Both the position numbers and the translations under genes were made by a program. 64,000 bases of DNA from Nitrospirota bacterium (GTDB lineage Bacteria; Nitrospirota; UBA9217). Shown in pieces: positions 28,467 to 38,389 of this stretch. How positions within the stretch are numbered: position 1 is the first letter of the stretch; each line of letters opens with the position of its first letter. The stretch lies in NCBI GenBank assembly GCA_963737155.1, contig CAVTRN010000002.1, forward strand, positions 1,536,001 through 1,600,000, read 5' to 3'. The notes under the pieces are model-generated. The model worked only from the letters and a program-made list of their open reading frames with translations, was not told the origin of the DNA and ran no database searches.

Positions 28467-29568
28467 CTAAGAACTACGTTAGTATAACCTCATAATTTTG
28501 CGTACGCACAAGTAGGCACATGAAAGAAACTCTCAACAATTTCCGGCATCTTTTGCAATCGACGCATCACTCGTCCGATCATGGACTTCATCTCGACCTT
28601 GGTCTGTGTAGTCGCTTTGGCAATTTTTGCCTTCACATGAGCCCACGCCAATTCGTCAGGATTCAGTTCTGGCGAATAAGGCGGCAGGAAGAACAGTTCG
28701 ATTTTCTTGCTGTTATCCTCAATAAACTGTTTTACCAACTTGGACTTATGGGCAGGATGGCTATCCACAATCAAAAAAACCTTTCTGTCCATATTAGTAA
28801 TCAGCCGTTCCAAAAACTCTCGAAACACGATGCCATTGACACGACCGTCGACTGTCATGAAACGAAAATGTCCCAAGGCATTCACCGCAGAAAGCATATT
28901 CATCGAGTAGCGTGCTCCAGTAGCTTTCACGATCGGTGTTTGCCCCTTGGTTCCCCACGTCGTACCGGCGTGGTAGTCCGACCGGACGCCCGATTCGTCA
29001 GCAAAGAATATCAGCGCGCCTTCTCGCTTGGCACGCGCAGCGATCTTGGGGTATTCTTCCGTCTTCCATTGATCCACCAGCACAGGATTCTGCTGCCAAG
29101 CCCGATACAGGGGGCGTTGCGGAGTAAAGCCAAGCCGTCTCATCAGTCGCCCCACCGAGACCTCACTCAATTTGATGCCAAAGTCACGTCGTATCAACTC
29201 ACGGATAATTGCCAGAGTCCACAGGGCGTATTCAAACTTCATTTGCAGCGGATTTTTCTCGCGTACTATTTTGGCAAGCTTCGCCATCTGCTTGGCATTT
29301 ACCTTCGTCGGCGCACCAGGGATCGGTTTGGCTCTCAACCCCGCTTCACCCTGGTAATGGTATCCCGAAAGCCATCGATAGATTGTTCTGCGGTTGATAC
29401 CAAGCCCCAACGCAACAAACTCTGGGCTTTCCCCGGCTTCAATGCGCTTTACCGCGCCCAGTCGCATTTCTTCCAAAGTCGTGTGAGAGTACGCTCGTCC
29501 GTCGGTAGTTTTTTTGCATTTCATGCCTCATAGTATAGCATATGAGGCTTTACTTGTGAAGTTCTTAG
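28467..29568 (-). mobile_element. IS630-family insertion sequence
   Basis: Imperfect ~28-bp TIRs CTAAGAACT...CCTCATA, with TA duplication at 28465-66 and 29569-70. Confidence 0.93.
28490..29524 (-). CDS. IS630-family transposase
   Basis: N-terminal HTH, FADES, IVDSHPAH, LPPYSPELNPDE. Confidence 0.95.
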   Translation of the reverse strand: MKCKKTTDGRAYSHTTLEEMRLGAVKRIEAGESPEFVALGLGINRRTIYRWLSGYHYQGEAGLRAKPIPGAPTKVNAKQMAKLAKIVREKNPLQMKFEYALWTLAIIRELIRRDFGIKLSEVSVGRLMRRLGFTPQRPLYRAWQQNPVLVDQWKTEEYPKIAARAKREGALIFFADESGVRSDYHAGTTWGTKGQTPIVKATGARYSMNMLSAVNALGHFRFMTVDGRVNGIVFREFLERLITNMDRKVFLIVDSHPAHKSKLVKQFIEDNSKKIELFFLPPYSPELNPDELAWAHVKAKIAKATTQTKVEMKSMIGRVMRRLQKMPEIVESFFHVPTCAYAKL

Positions 29569-30785
29569 TATATCTTCAACTACGGAAGGCACGAGGTTCG
29601 GTCTTTTCTCTTGAGCAGCGCGCTCTTCTGGCTCGACCGCTATCACGCCGACGGCCTCAGGATCGACGCTGTGGCTTCCATGCTCTATCTCGACTACGGC
29701 AGGAAACAGGGTGAGTGGATCCCGAACGAGTACGGCGGCAAGGAGAACCTGGATGCCATCACGTTCCTGCGCAAGTTGAATGAGGAGGTCTACCGCGTCT
29801 TCCCCGACGTGCAGACCATTGCAGAGGAGTCCACAGCCTGGCCCATGGTCTCCCGGCCGGTCTACGCAGGCGGTCTGGGATTCGGGATGAAGTGGAACAT
29901 GGGGTGGATGCACGACATGCTCTTCTATTTCTCACGGGAACCCATTAACCGCAAATACCACCAGGGCCAGCTCACATTCAGCCTCTGGTACGCCTTCACC
30001 GAGAACTTCATGCTCGCCCTGTCCCACGACGAGGTGGTCCATGGCAAGGGATCCCTCATGGGCAAAATGCCGGGGGACGACTGGCAGAAGTTCGCGAACA
30101 TGCGGCTGCTCTTGGGCTACCTCTACACCCATCCGGGGAAAAAGCTTTTCTTCATGGGTGGGGAGATCGGCCAGCGGCGTGAATGGAACCACGATTGGAG
30201 CGTGGACTGGCATCTCCTTGATTTCGCGCCCCACCAGGGACTGCGGCGGTGGGTGCAGCATCTGAACATCCTCTACCGGGGCGAATCAGCGCTCTTCGAG
30301 CTCGATTTCGATCCCGCCGGGTTCGAGTGGGTTGATTTTACCGATGCCGACAACAGCGTTGTCTGCTTTCTGAGAAAAGGCAGGAACCCCGGCTATGCGA
30401 TCCTGGTCGTCTGCAATTTTACGCCGGTGACACGACACGACTACCACGTCGGCGTCCCCCTGGGCGGGTTTTGGCGGGAACTGCTGAATAGCGACGCACG
30501 GGAGTATGGCGGGAGCGACCATGGAAATATCGGAGGCGTCGAAGCTGTTCCGGTGCCCATGCACGGACGCTATCAGTCTCTCTCGCTCACCCTGCCGCCG
30601 CTGGGGATGGTGGTGTTTAAGAAGATTTAGGAGCGTGGGATGTAAGTTTAATCTCTCTATGAGATGTGTTTAAAAGATAACGTCCTTGGGAAAACCGCAA
30701 GCAACATTTAAGGTACGTCTGGTTGATCGATCAGAACCATCCATTACCTTAGACATCGAATTAATATACGGCATGAAGATTTTAA

Positions 30786-32160
30786 GGCTCTTGGCACGAT
30801 ACTATGGGCTGAAATGCGTTGAAAAGACACCCGGAAAGCGTTAACTTCTTGCAAATGACTCGCAATCATTAAGCAAGGAGGGGCCTTCCGGATGCATTTA
30901 GATTATCTCACACGCTTATTAGGAATTCAAGGGCATCATGTGACGGAGTTTGATATAGGATACCGAAAGGAACGTATATCCGTCATTGTTACGATAGCTC
31001 GGGATCATAAAACTCATACATGCGCGAAGTGTGGTGTAATAGACGTCGGCGGATACGACAGCAAGGAATTTGAGGTCCGCCATTTACTGTTTTGGAGTAC
31101 CCCAACATTTATCCGATTCGAGCGCTACCGCGGCAACTGTAAAGCGTGCGGGATTTTATCGGAACCTCTTGATTTTGTAGATGTCCGAGGACCGCGGGTC
31201 ACCGCAGAATTGGCGCATGTAACCAAGGAATTGTGCAAAGTGACAACGGTCAAGGCCGTGGGCGATATCCTGATGCTGCACCGACATACGGTCAAGGCGA
31301 TCGATAAACAGGCATTACAAGAAGAGCAGGCAAACCGCCCTCTGGACGGCATAAACGTATTGGGCATGGATGAACTTTCCCATGGAAAGGGCAAGGGTCA
31401 TAAGTATAAGCACATGATAAGCGCTCTGGATGGACCTCGTGGTCCCGAGATGCTGTTTGTGGGAAAAGGGCGAAAAGAACGCAACTTGAGCAAGTTCTGG
31501 AAGTGGTTTGGCAAAGAGCGTGCTCATATAATCACCCATGCAGTAATGGACATGTGGAAGCCGTTCCGCAACAGTGTCCGCAAGCACTGTCCGAGTGCGC
31601 AGATTATTTACGATAAGTTTCACGTTATCCAACACTTACTAAAAGCTCTTAATGCTGTGCGAGTACAGGAGATCCGAAAGGCCGGGAAATGGATGAAAGG
31701 CCGACTGTCGGGGAAAAAATTTATTCTGCTTTCCCGTCAAGCCCATGTACGAGGAAATGCGCGGGTAGAGCTGAATGACGCATTGCGAGCAAATAAGCGA
31801 TTGTTTAAGGCGCATTTGATGAAAGAGACGTTTGGGCACTTGTGGAGCTATGAATCAATAACATGGGCACGCAAGTTCTTTCGAGGTTGGGTAGACCAAC
31901 TTAAATGGAGTCGACTGAAGCCGATGCAAAAATTCGCACGTATGGTGGAAAAGCATCTGGATGGTATTTTGGCGTATTGCGATAATAAAGCGCCGCTTGG
32001 ATTTATTGAGGCCGCAAACGCTAAAGCAAGAAATGTAATTCGCCGCGCATACGGTTATCGAGACAATGCCTATCTAGATTTGAAGATCATTCAGGCCTGC
32101 ACTCCCTGGATGAATCGATTCCATCCGTGGTCTTTTACCCACAGAAGGGTGCCATGAGCC
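30786..32160 (+). mobile_element. ISL3-family insertion sequence
   Basis: Ends GGCTCTTGGCAC and GTGCCATGAGCC, with an 8-bp target duplication GATTTTAA (30778-85, 32161-68). Confidence 0.93.
30892..32157 (+). CDS. ISL3-family transposase
   Basis: CAKCG and CKACG zinc finger, LGMDE, VMDMW, YDKFHV, EAANAK..RRAYGYR. Confidence 0.95.
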   Translation: MHLDYLTRLLGIQGHHVTEFDIGYRKERISVIVTIARDHKTHTCAKCGVIDVGGYDSKEFEVRHLLFWSTPTFIRFERYRGNCKACGILSEPLDFVDVRGPRVTAELAHVTKELCKVTTVKAVGDILMLHRHTVKAIDKQALQEEQANRPLDGINVLGMDELSHGKGKGHKYKHMISALDGPRGPEMLFVGKGRKERNLSKFWKWFGKERAHIITHAVMDMWKPFRNSVRKHCPSAQIIYDKFHVIQHLLKALNAVRVQEIRKAGKWMKGRLSGKKFILLSRQAHVRGNARVELNDALRANKRLFKAHLMKETFGHLWSYESITWARKFFRGWVDQLKWSRLKPMQKFARMVEKHLDGILAYCDNKAPLGFIEAANAKARNVIRRAYGYRDNAYLDLKIIQACTPWMNRFHPWSFTHRRVP

Positions 32161-32202
32161 GATTTTAATATAATAAAGCGAGAAAAACCGAGGAGATACT
32201 CT

Positions 32203-32395
32203 ATGTCCGAAATGCGCGAGCAAAAAAAGGACATTGAGGCGTTCAGCAACGGCGTTTTCGACATTGCCAAAAAACCAGGCAGCAACTATATGAACGCTGA
32301 TGCATTTCGTAGCGTTCGCGATTCCCTTCCTGTCCGTTGGTTTGAGCACTGAAGTTTGCCTTTACCTGGCAGTGTTCATCAGGTTCAAGGGCTAG
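32203..32395 (+). pseudogene. possible TMEM175-family channel remnant
   Basis: RBS AGGAG, and IEAFSNGVFDIA resembles the TMEM175 RLEAFSDGVFAIA motif. Most of the gene is missing. Confidence 0.35.
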
Positions 32396-32807
32396 CCGTC
32401 GCGGCATTGACCTTCGTTGCTGTGCGTGGTCCTTTCCCTATCGTTTGCATCTTAGGGTAAGCGATGCTATAATTTTATCATTTAATCAAGCATTGCTGGA
32501 AAAAACGCTGCATCAGTCGTCAGGAAGGTGCTGTAACTTGTCATTGAAGGGAAATCACTCTTGAAGCCGCAACCAGTCTCCATGTGGGCGAGAAAATCGT
32601 GGAGGCCTTACGCCAGCGAATTATAAAGAAAATCAAATACACATGATAGCTGCTGATGGGGCTGATCTGAAGTGAGTTTAATGCACAAAAAATCACTTTG
32701 AATTTGTCTGATAAAGGAGGATCTCTTTGAAGACATCTTGATCGGCCCAAAACATAACAACTGGGTACGGATGAGGGAAAGTTGACAGCTAAAGGAGGCA
32801 GTATTCT

Positions 32808-33164
32808 ATGAAAATTATTAACATATTGTTTTTTCTGAGTTTAGCATTGACATCAGTATTAGCTAGTTTTAATGCCTATGCCACTGATCAACAAATTTGT
32901 CATTCTGGATCAAACGTTTTACTCTATGACAACGGATCACTGAAAGCTTGCCAACTCGAACATGATTACGAAGCGAATGGCATCCAATGTAAAGGTAATG
33001 GTTCTGTTAGTTTTTATAACAATGGCAACTTAGAATCTTGTGTGCTCTCTACGTCGGTTACCATAGACGGGAATAACTGTAGGAAAGATGGTCTAATTTC
33101 TTTCTACATCGATGGCAAACTGAAATCATGCATGAAACCAGATAGTAACTATTCAGTTCCCTAA
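32808..33164 (+). CDS. secreted Cys-rich beta-hairpin repeat protein
   Basis: Strong RBS AAGGAGG, signal peptide ending AYA, three C-x(4-5)-(V/I)x(L/F)Y-x-(N/D)GxLxxC repeats. Confidence 0.75.
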   Translation: MKIINILFFLSLALTSVLASFNAYATDQQICHSGSNVLLYDNGSLKACQLEHDYEANGIQCKGNGSVSFYNNGNLESCVLSTSVTIDGNNCRKDGLISFYIDGKLKSCMKPDSNYSVP

Positions 33165-33296
33165 TAAGCGTGTGAGATAATCTTGCTGAATCCGGAAGAC
33201 CCTCCTTGCTTAATGATCGTGAGTCACTTGCAAGAAGCTAACGCTTTCCGGGTGTTTTTTCAACGTATTTCAGCCCATAGTATCGTGCCAATAGGC
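33157..33296 (-). mobile_element. truncated left end of an ISL3 element related to 30786..32160
   Basis: Reverse complement aligns with 30786-30925, including TTGGCACGATACTATGGGCTGAAAT and GATTATCTCACACGCTTATTAGG. Confidence 0.85.
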
Positions 33297-33519
33297 AACC
33301 TTATCAAGTCTCACCGGTTAATGGGTATATTATGATTGGCAATGCAGTGTTGCAGATGTTTCTCTCAAAAAAAACTATCATCTATGGAAGTTATAAAGAA
33401 GGATAGATGAGAGTGCAAAACATACCAGATTTATATGGTAGCCGGCAGGCGAATTGGCCCGTCCTATACCAGAACCCATGATAACGACACAACGGGAGGC
33501 TGGTATCGGAAGTTGCCAA

Positions 33520-33786
33520 GCATGCAACGCGAAGCTTATCTGGGCCATCCGTGAGGCGCTGGCATCGCAGGCCGACACAGCCATTGTTCCTGTGCAAGAC
33601 CTTCTGGAGCTGGGGTCGGAGGCGCGAATGAATTTTCCCGGAATTGCGAAAGGAAACTGGCAATGGCGCCTGAAGGATGGCGCACTGACCCAGGAACTCG
33701 CGCAAAGACTGCGAAGCATAGCTGTAACGTATGGGCGCCTGAGGAGTGGTGATGCCCCGTCAGACTCCTCGGTGTCGGGAAGATGA
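33520..33786 (+). pseudogene. malQ: 4-alpha-glucanotransferase C-terminal remnant
   Basis: AIVPVQDLLELGSEARMNFPG..GNWQWRL. Confidence 0.8.
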
Positions 33787-33909
33787 CTCGACGCCACAGA
33801 TCGCGAAGAGGGCCTAGACAGGATGCTGAACTTATCGGCCTGGGAAGACTTTTTTGTTTAATCAGCATACGCTAGGTCTGATAGAAATGATTAAACTTTG
33901 GAGGGTCAA

Positions 33910-35740
33910 ATGGAAGAAAAAACTCGCGCAATGGCAAAACATTCGGGCATGGGGGCCACTCCCACTGCAGAGGGTGTGACCTTTCGCGTATGGGCGCCTC
34001 ATGCCGAAAAAGTTTACGTGACCGGCACCTTCAATGGACTGGAACGAGACCTCGACACCTCTGGTGAGCGAGCAGAACGGTTACTGGTCGATTGATGTGC
34101 CAAAGGCAAAAAAAGGAGACGAGTACCGATATCTGATTCACGCCCCTGCTGATTGGAATCTCCCGCCTCTCTCTCGCATTGATCCTTATGCCAGAAAGGT
34201 GACGAACTCAGCGGGCAATGGAATTATCTATGATCCTCAAGCCTTCGACTGGGGTGATGATAACTTTCACATGGCCACGGGGAATGAGCTTGTCATTTAC
34301 GAGATGCATATCGGCACCTTTAACGTTAAAGAGAAGGGACACATGGGCACGTTCGATAGTGCCATTGAAAAATTGCCTTATCTTCAAGAACTGGGTATCA
34401 ATGCCGTCGAAGTGATGCCGATCGCGGAGTTTGCAGGCGATTTTTCGTGGGGGTACAATCCGGCTCATCCCTTTGCTGTCGAAAGCATTTACGGTGGACC
34501 GGATGCCTTTAAGCTCTTTGTTAAAGCAGCCCACGAGCATGGTATCGCTGTCATCGTAGATGTCGTTTACAACCACTTTGGCCCGTCTGATCTTGATTTG
34601 TGGCAGTTTGACGGGTGGAGCGAAAATGGGAAAGGGGGAATCTACTTTTACAATGATCACCGCTCGCAAACACCCTGGGGCGAGACGCGCCCCGATTATG
34701 GCCGGGGCGAAGTGCGCCAATATCTGCGCGATAACGCACTGATGTGGTTCGAGGAGTACCACGCCGACGGCTTACGCTGGGACATGATAACCTATATCAA
34801 AAGTATTGACGGTAATGACGAAAATCCGGCCAATGACATTCCCGAAGGCTGGAGCTTGATGCAGTGGATCAATGAGGAAATCCAACAACGGTTTCCCGGC
34901 AAGATCAGCATCGCCGAAAGCATGCAGAATAACGCCTGGGTCACCAAAGATGTCGGAGCGGGCGGCGCAGGCTTCAATGCGCAATGGGATGCCGAATTTG
35001 TTCATCCCGTTCGCCAGGCCGTTATTGCTCGTGATGATACCTCCCGCGATCTGGGGGCAGTCAGTAAAGCTATTGAGCATCGCTACGATTTAGATGTCTT
35101 TCGGCGGATCATTTATACCGAGTCGCACGACGAGGTCGCTAATGGCCGGGCCCGCGTGCCGGAGGAGATCTGGCCGGGAAAGGTGGACAGCTGGTTTTCC
35201 AAGAAACGCTCCACGTTGGGCGGTGCTCTTGTTCTAACTTCGCCCGGTATCCCGATGATTTTTGAAGGGCAGGAGTTGCTGGAAGATCGCTGGTTCCAGG
35301 ATAAAGTCCCGATCGATTGGTCCCGGGCTGAGGGACGAACACGGTATTCTCAGCATGTACCGGGATCTGATCGCCCTGCGGCGCAATCTGTCGGGTGTGA
35401 CGCGGGGGTTGTGCGGTCAAAATATCCATATCTATCATTTTGACGATGGAGCCAAGACTCATCGCTTTCCATCGCTGGGACAAACAAGGCCCAACCGATA
35501 GCGTCGTTGTGGTGGTTAATATGATGAATCAATAACCGCGATGGTTATCTCATCGGTTTTCCACGGGCCGGATTGTGGAAAACGCGATTTAACAGTGACT
35601 CATATAACTACGGCCCAAATTTTGCAAATCATCCCACCCCTGATGTCGAGGCCCATGAGGAAAAAATCGATGGGCTGCCCTGCTCCGGCAAAATCAGTAT
35701 CGGGCCATACACGGTGGTAATCTTTTCACAGGATGCATAA
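33910..35740 (+). pseudogene. GH13 alpha-amylase-family glycosidase (CBM48; GlgB/TreZ-like) with several frameshifts
   Basis: FRVWAPHA, IYEMHIG, DVVYNH, DGLRWD, IAES, ESHDE. Frame breaks near 34036, 35330, 35460 and 35530. Confidence 0.85.
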
Positions 35741-35784
35741 GATGATCGCCACTTCAGGTGGCAGAAGGCGATGACGGTGGCCAA

Positions 35785-36329
35785 ATGAAAAGAGCGATCC
35801 CCATCACGACCTTGTTTCTGGATAGCGGCGATGCCCTGCTCACCGATGTGTATGATCATCATGCCTGCAAGCGGGCGGGGATGAACTTCAAGATGGAGTT
35901 GGCCGAAATTTAGGCTCGGCATTACCTGACCTTCGAAGCCTATGAGGAAGGAAAAATCACGCTGGGAAAATATTTAGGTCTGGTGGTATTCACCAAAAGC
36001 AAGCGTTCACCCGGTCTCGGTTTTGGCGTTTCATGTTCGCCCAATAGAAACCATACCACGAGATGATCGAGTTGGTCCGCCCGCTTAAGACACAGTATAG
36101 ATTGAAGCTTGTCGTGGTCAGAAACGAAGCAACGGAGCTTAATATGTACCGGATTCGAAAGTTGAAGCTTGATGTATTTGTGGATTTATTCATTTCCTCG
36201 ATGTTCGTCCAGATCGCGGAAGGTTAGGGGATTCGTAGCATTCTTCACATGGATTACCGGTCAACGTGCGTGGAACTGACTTCGTTCGGATTGCAGAATA
36301 ACAAAAGAGTCGTCCATGAAACCAGCTAA
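35785..36329 (+). pseudogene. HAD-family phosphatase, degenerate
   Basis: ITTLFLDSGDALLT, YEEGKITL, RFMFAQ*KPY, LVVVRNEATELN, FISSMFV fragments with stops and frameshifts. Confidence 0.65.
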
Positions 36330-36365
36330 CTCACACATTCTGACGATCAATGGCGGTTCGTTGAC
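36316..36365 (+). pseudogene. acetate kinase 5' stub
   Basis: MKPANSHILTINGGS (AckA N-terminal motif), then homology stops. Confidence 0.5.
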
Positions 36366-36744
36366 GCGCTGTCTGCGGTCTTGATTTCTACTCATGCCTC
36401 TCAACAATGTCTGAGTTAGCAAAAAAATGGTTACTGGAGCACTAGGCAATGTACTCCAAGTAAATACCAACGGCTACGTCTAAGCCAATTAGACAGCCAT
36501 TCAAGGGGAAACAAACCAGAAAAAAAGGCTCAGAAGCATTCCTAATAGGCTGGGTGCACAGAGATTTTACAAACTTCATTAGTAGATGACAAAGAATGCT
36601 GTGCCTTCGCACCCGAATAAGACCGATAAGCAAGATCTAAAGGTTATTGCCGATAAATATACGCTTGGCTACGCCTTTCATACATCAAAACCAACCAGCC
36701 TCAGCCTGTAGAAATGATCGGCGTATGTAATCACAAAAGGCCTG

Positions 36745-37293
36745 ATGGAGGCACAAGGCATGCGGTTGCCCGTTTTTCAAGGGATCCTCCCCGTAAAAGG
36801 ATCTCAGGTGCTCAAAGATATCATTGCCGGTCTTACGCTTGCTGCCCTCGCCATTCCTCAGGTGATGGGCTACACAAAAATTGCAGGTACCCCGGTGATC
36901 ACGGGCCTCTACACCATCCTCATCCCAACGGTCCTTTTCGCCTTTTTCGGCTCATCCCGGCACCTTGTCGTTGGTGCCGACTCTGCCACAGCGGCCATTC
37001 TCTCAGGTGCTCTAACCGGGATGGCCGTGTCCGGGTCAGCAGAGTGGCTTGCGCTGGCAGAAGTTCTCGCGGCTCTGTCGGCTGTTTTCCTGATCATTGC
37101 CTGTATCATTCGACTGGGGTTCCTTTCGGATTTTCTGTCGCGAACTGTGCTCGTCGGGTTTCTGTCAGGCGTAGGCGTCCAAGTTGCTCTCGGTGAGATA
37201 TCGAGTATGTTAGGGCTTCCTGGAGGCGATACGGCACAGAGCGTCAAAAAGCAGGAGAGGTTGCCGGCAGCGTCGAGGGCGTCAAAGAGGTGA
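36745..37293 (+). pseudogene. SulP-family anion transporter, truncated
   Basis: DIIAGLTLAALAIPQVMGY, FGSSRHLVVG, FLSRTVLVGF. Only about 180 aa of a normally much longer protein. Confidence 0.85.
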
Positions 37294-37434
37294 AAAAAGA
37301 CCTGATTATAAAATGAGTGTGTTACCTCATGTGATATGACGACCAGCTCCGGCATGTTTTATCGATTCTGTCAAACGATATAAACGACGTTGGCTAACGC
37401 TACTGCCAGCCATTGTCAAAGAAGGGAGGATGTT

Positions 37435-37584
37435 GTGTTGTGGACGATTGCTGTGGTACTGATACTCATCTGGATGTTAGGGATGGTGAGCAGTTACACG
37501 ATGGGAGGGTTCATCCATATTTTGCTTGTGATCGCAATTGTTGTGGTATTGATTAGGATCATCCGGGGACAAAAAATCATGTAG
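37435..37584 (+). CDS. lmo0937/DUF5670-family small membrane protein
   Basis: LWTIAVVLILIWMLGMVSSYTMGGFIHILLVIAIVVVLIRII, RBS GGAGG. Confidence 0.85.
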   Translation: MLWTIAVVLILIWMLGMVSSYTMGGFIHILLVIAIVVVLIRIIRGQKIM

Positions 37585-37679
37585 TTCATGGGAGACCTGA
37601 GACATATAGACGAACAACCTTCGCTGAGAATGATCTCAAGAGGTCGCCGCGATTGTTCCTCAGACCACGCAGGGTCATC

Positions 37680-37936
37680 CAAGGTATGCCGTGTCACCCA
37701 TTTATACAGCCACGGTTTAGTTTTCCCCAGTGAAGCGCATATGCTTTGGGGACTTCACCTGTGAGATACCGCTGTACTGCTAATGCCCGTAGCTTCTGAA
37801 GCTTCTTTTTCATGAACACCTCCTTAAAAGATTAGGTGTCCATGATAAAGCAGTTTGTGGCTATTCGATTGTCAAAGAACGAAAGTAAACGATGTCCTGA
37901 ACGGAAAATTAGTAAACGATGTCTTGAACGTTGTCA
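37680..37936 (-). mobile_element. IS481-like element left-end remnant
   Basis: Minus strand ..SPQSICASLGKTKPWLYKWV HTH fragment. Repeated AAACGATGTC(C/T)TGAACG. Homologous to 48460-48647. Confidence 0.6.
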
Positions 37937-37939
37937 CCT

Positions 37940-38237
37940 AATGTTTAAATATCCCTACGGTCAGAAATATATTGAACAGGTTCTCTCAAGTAGGCAGGCA
38001 ATTACTCACAGGTTTGTTCATGGTGAAAAAGGCTGGTATCTGAATTCATCTATTGATATCCTCAAAAGGGAAGCAGTTACGGAGAAACCACAAGGGATAG
38101 GATGAATTGGTGTAGATGCGAACGATAAAAAGATTGCTGTTTCCGGAGAATCAGGGCGCGACCACCTGACGTTAACCGGCGGTAGCACTGTTCGACAGCT
38201 GTCATAGTTATTATAAATAAAATACTATTAGGAATGG
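37940..38237 (+). pseudogene. internally deleted TnpB-like remnant with intact right end
   Basis: KYPYGQKYIEQVL..AITHRFVHGEKGWYL..IG*IGVDANDKKIAVS matches the 8426..10117 protein. It is fused to a copy of the 10096-10190 structured end. Confidence 0.85.
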
Positions 38238-38389
38238 TAAATCATGAATCCAGCCTTTCTTGGTGCATTTGGCGACTTTGCGCGAAAATCGGTCTTGATT
38301 CGAAAACTTGACTCAAAACTAAAGATCTTGGTTTGTAAAGTGCTTAATGACTTCGCAGGAACTTCGTTTTTCAGAAGGAGACCTCGAAT

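Larger units (their letters stand above)
27547..30630 (+). pseudogene. glgB: 1,4-alpha-glucan branching enzyme interrupted by IS630
   Basis: [41 protein letters not shown]. The reading frame [14 protein letters not shown] is restored on removing 28467-29568 plus one TA. Confidence 0.95.

Noticed and set aside
28520-29533. 337-aa antisense ORF over the IS630 transposase
   Set aside because: It is in exact codon register with the sense gene, the common shadow ORF caused by scarcity of TTA/CTA/TCA codons, and shows no motif
36370-36740. Unexplained ~370-bp stretch between the ackA stub and sulP
   Set aside because: I could not support any ORF, repeat or RNA structure here by eye; it needs a BLAST or Rfam search
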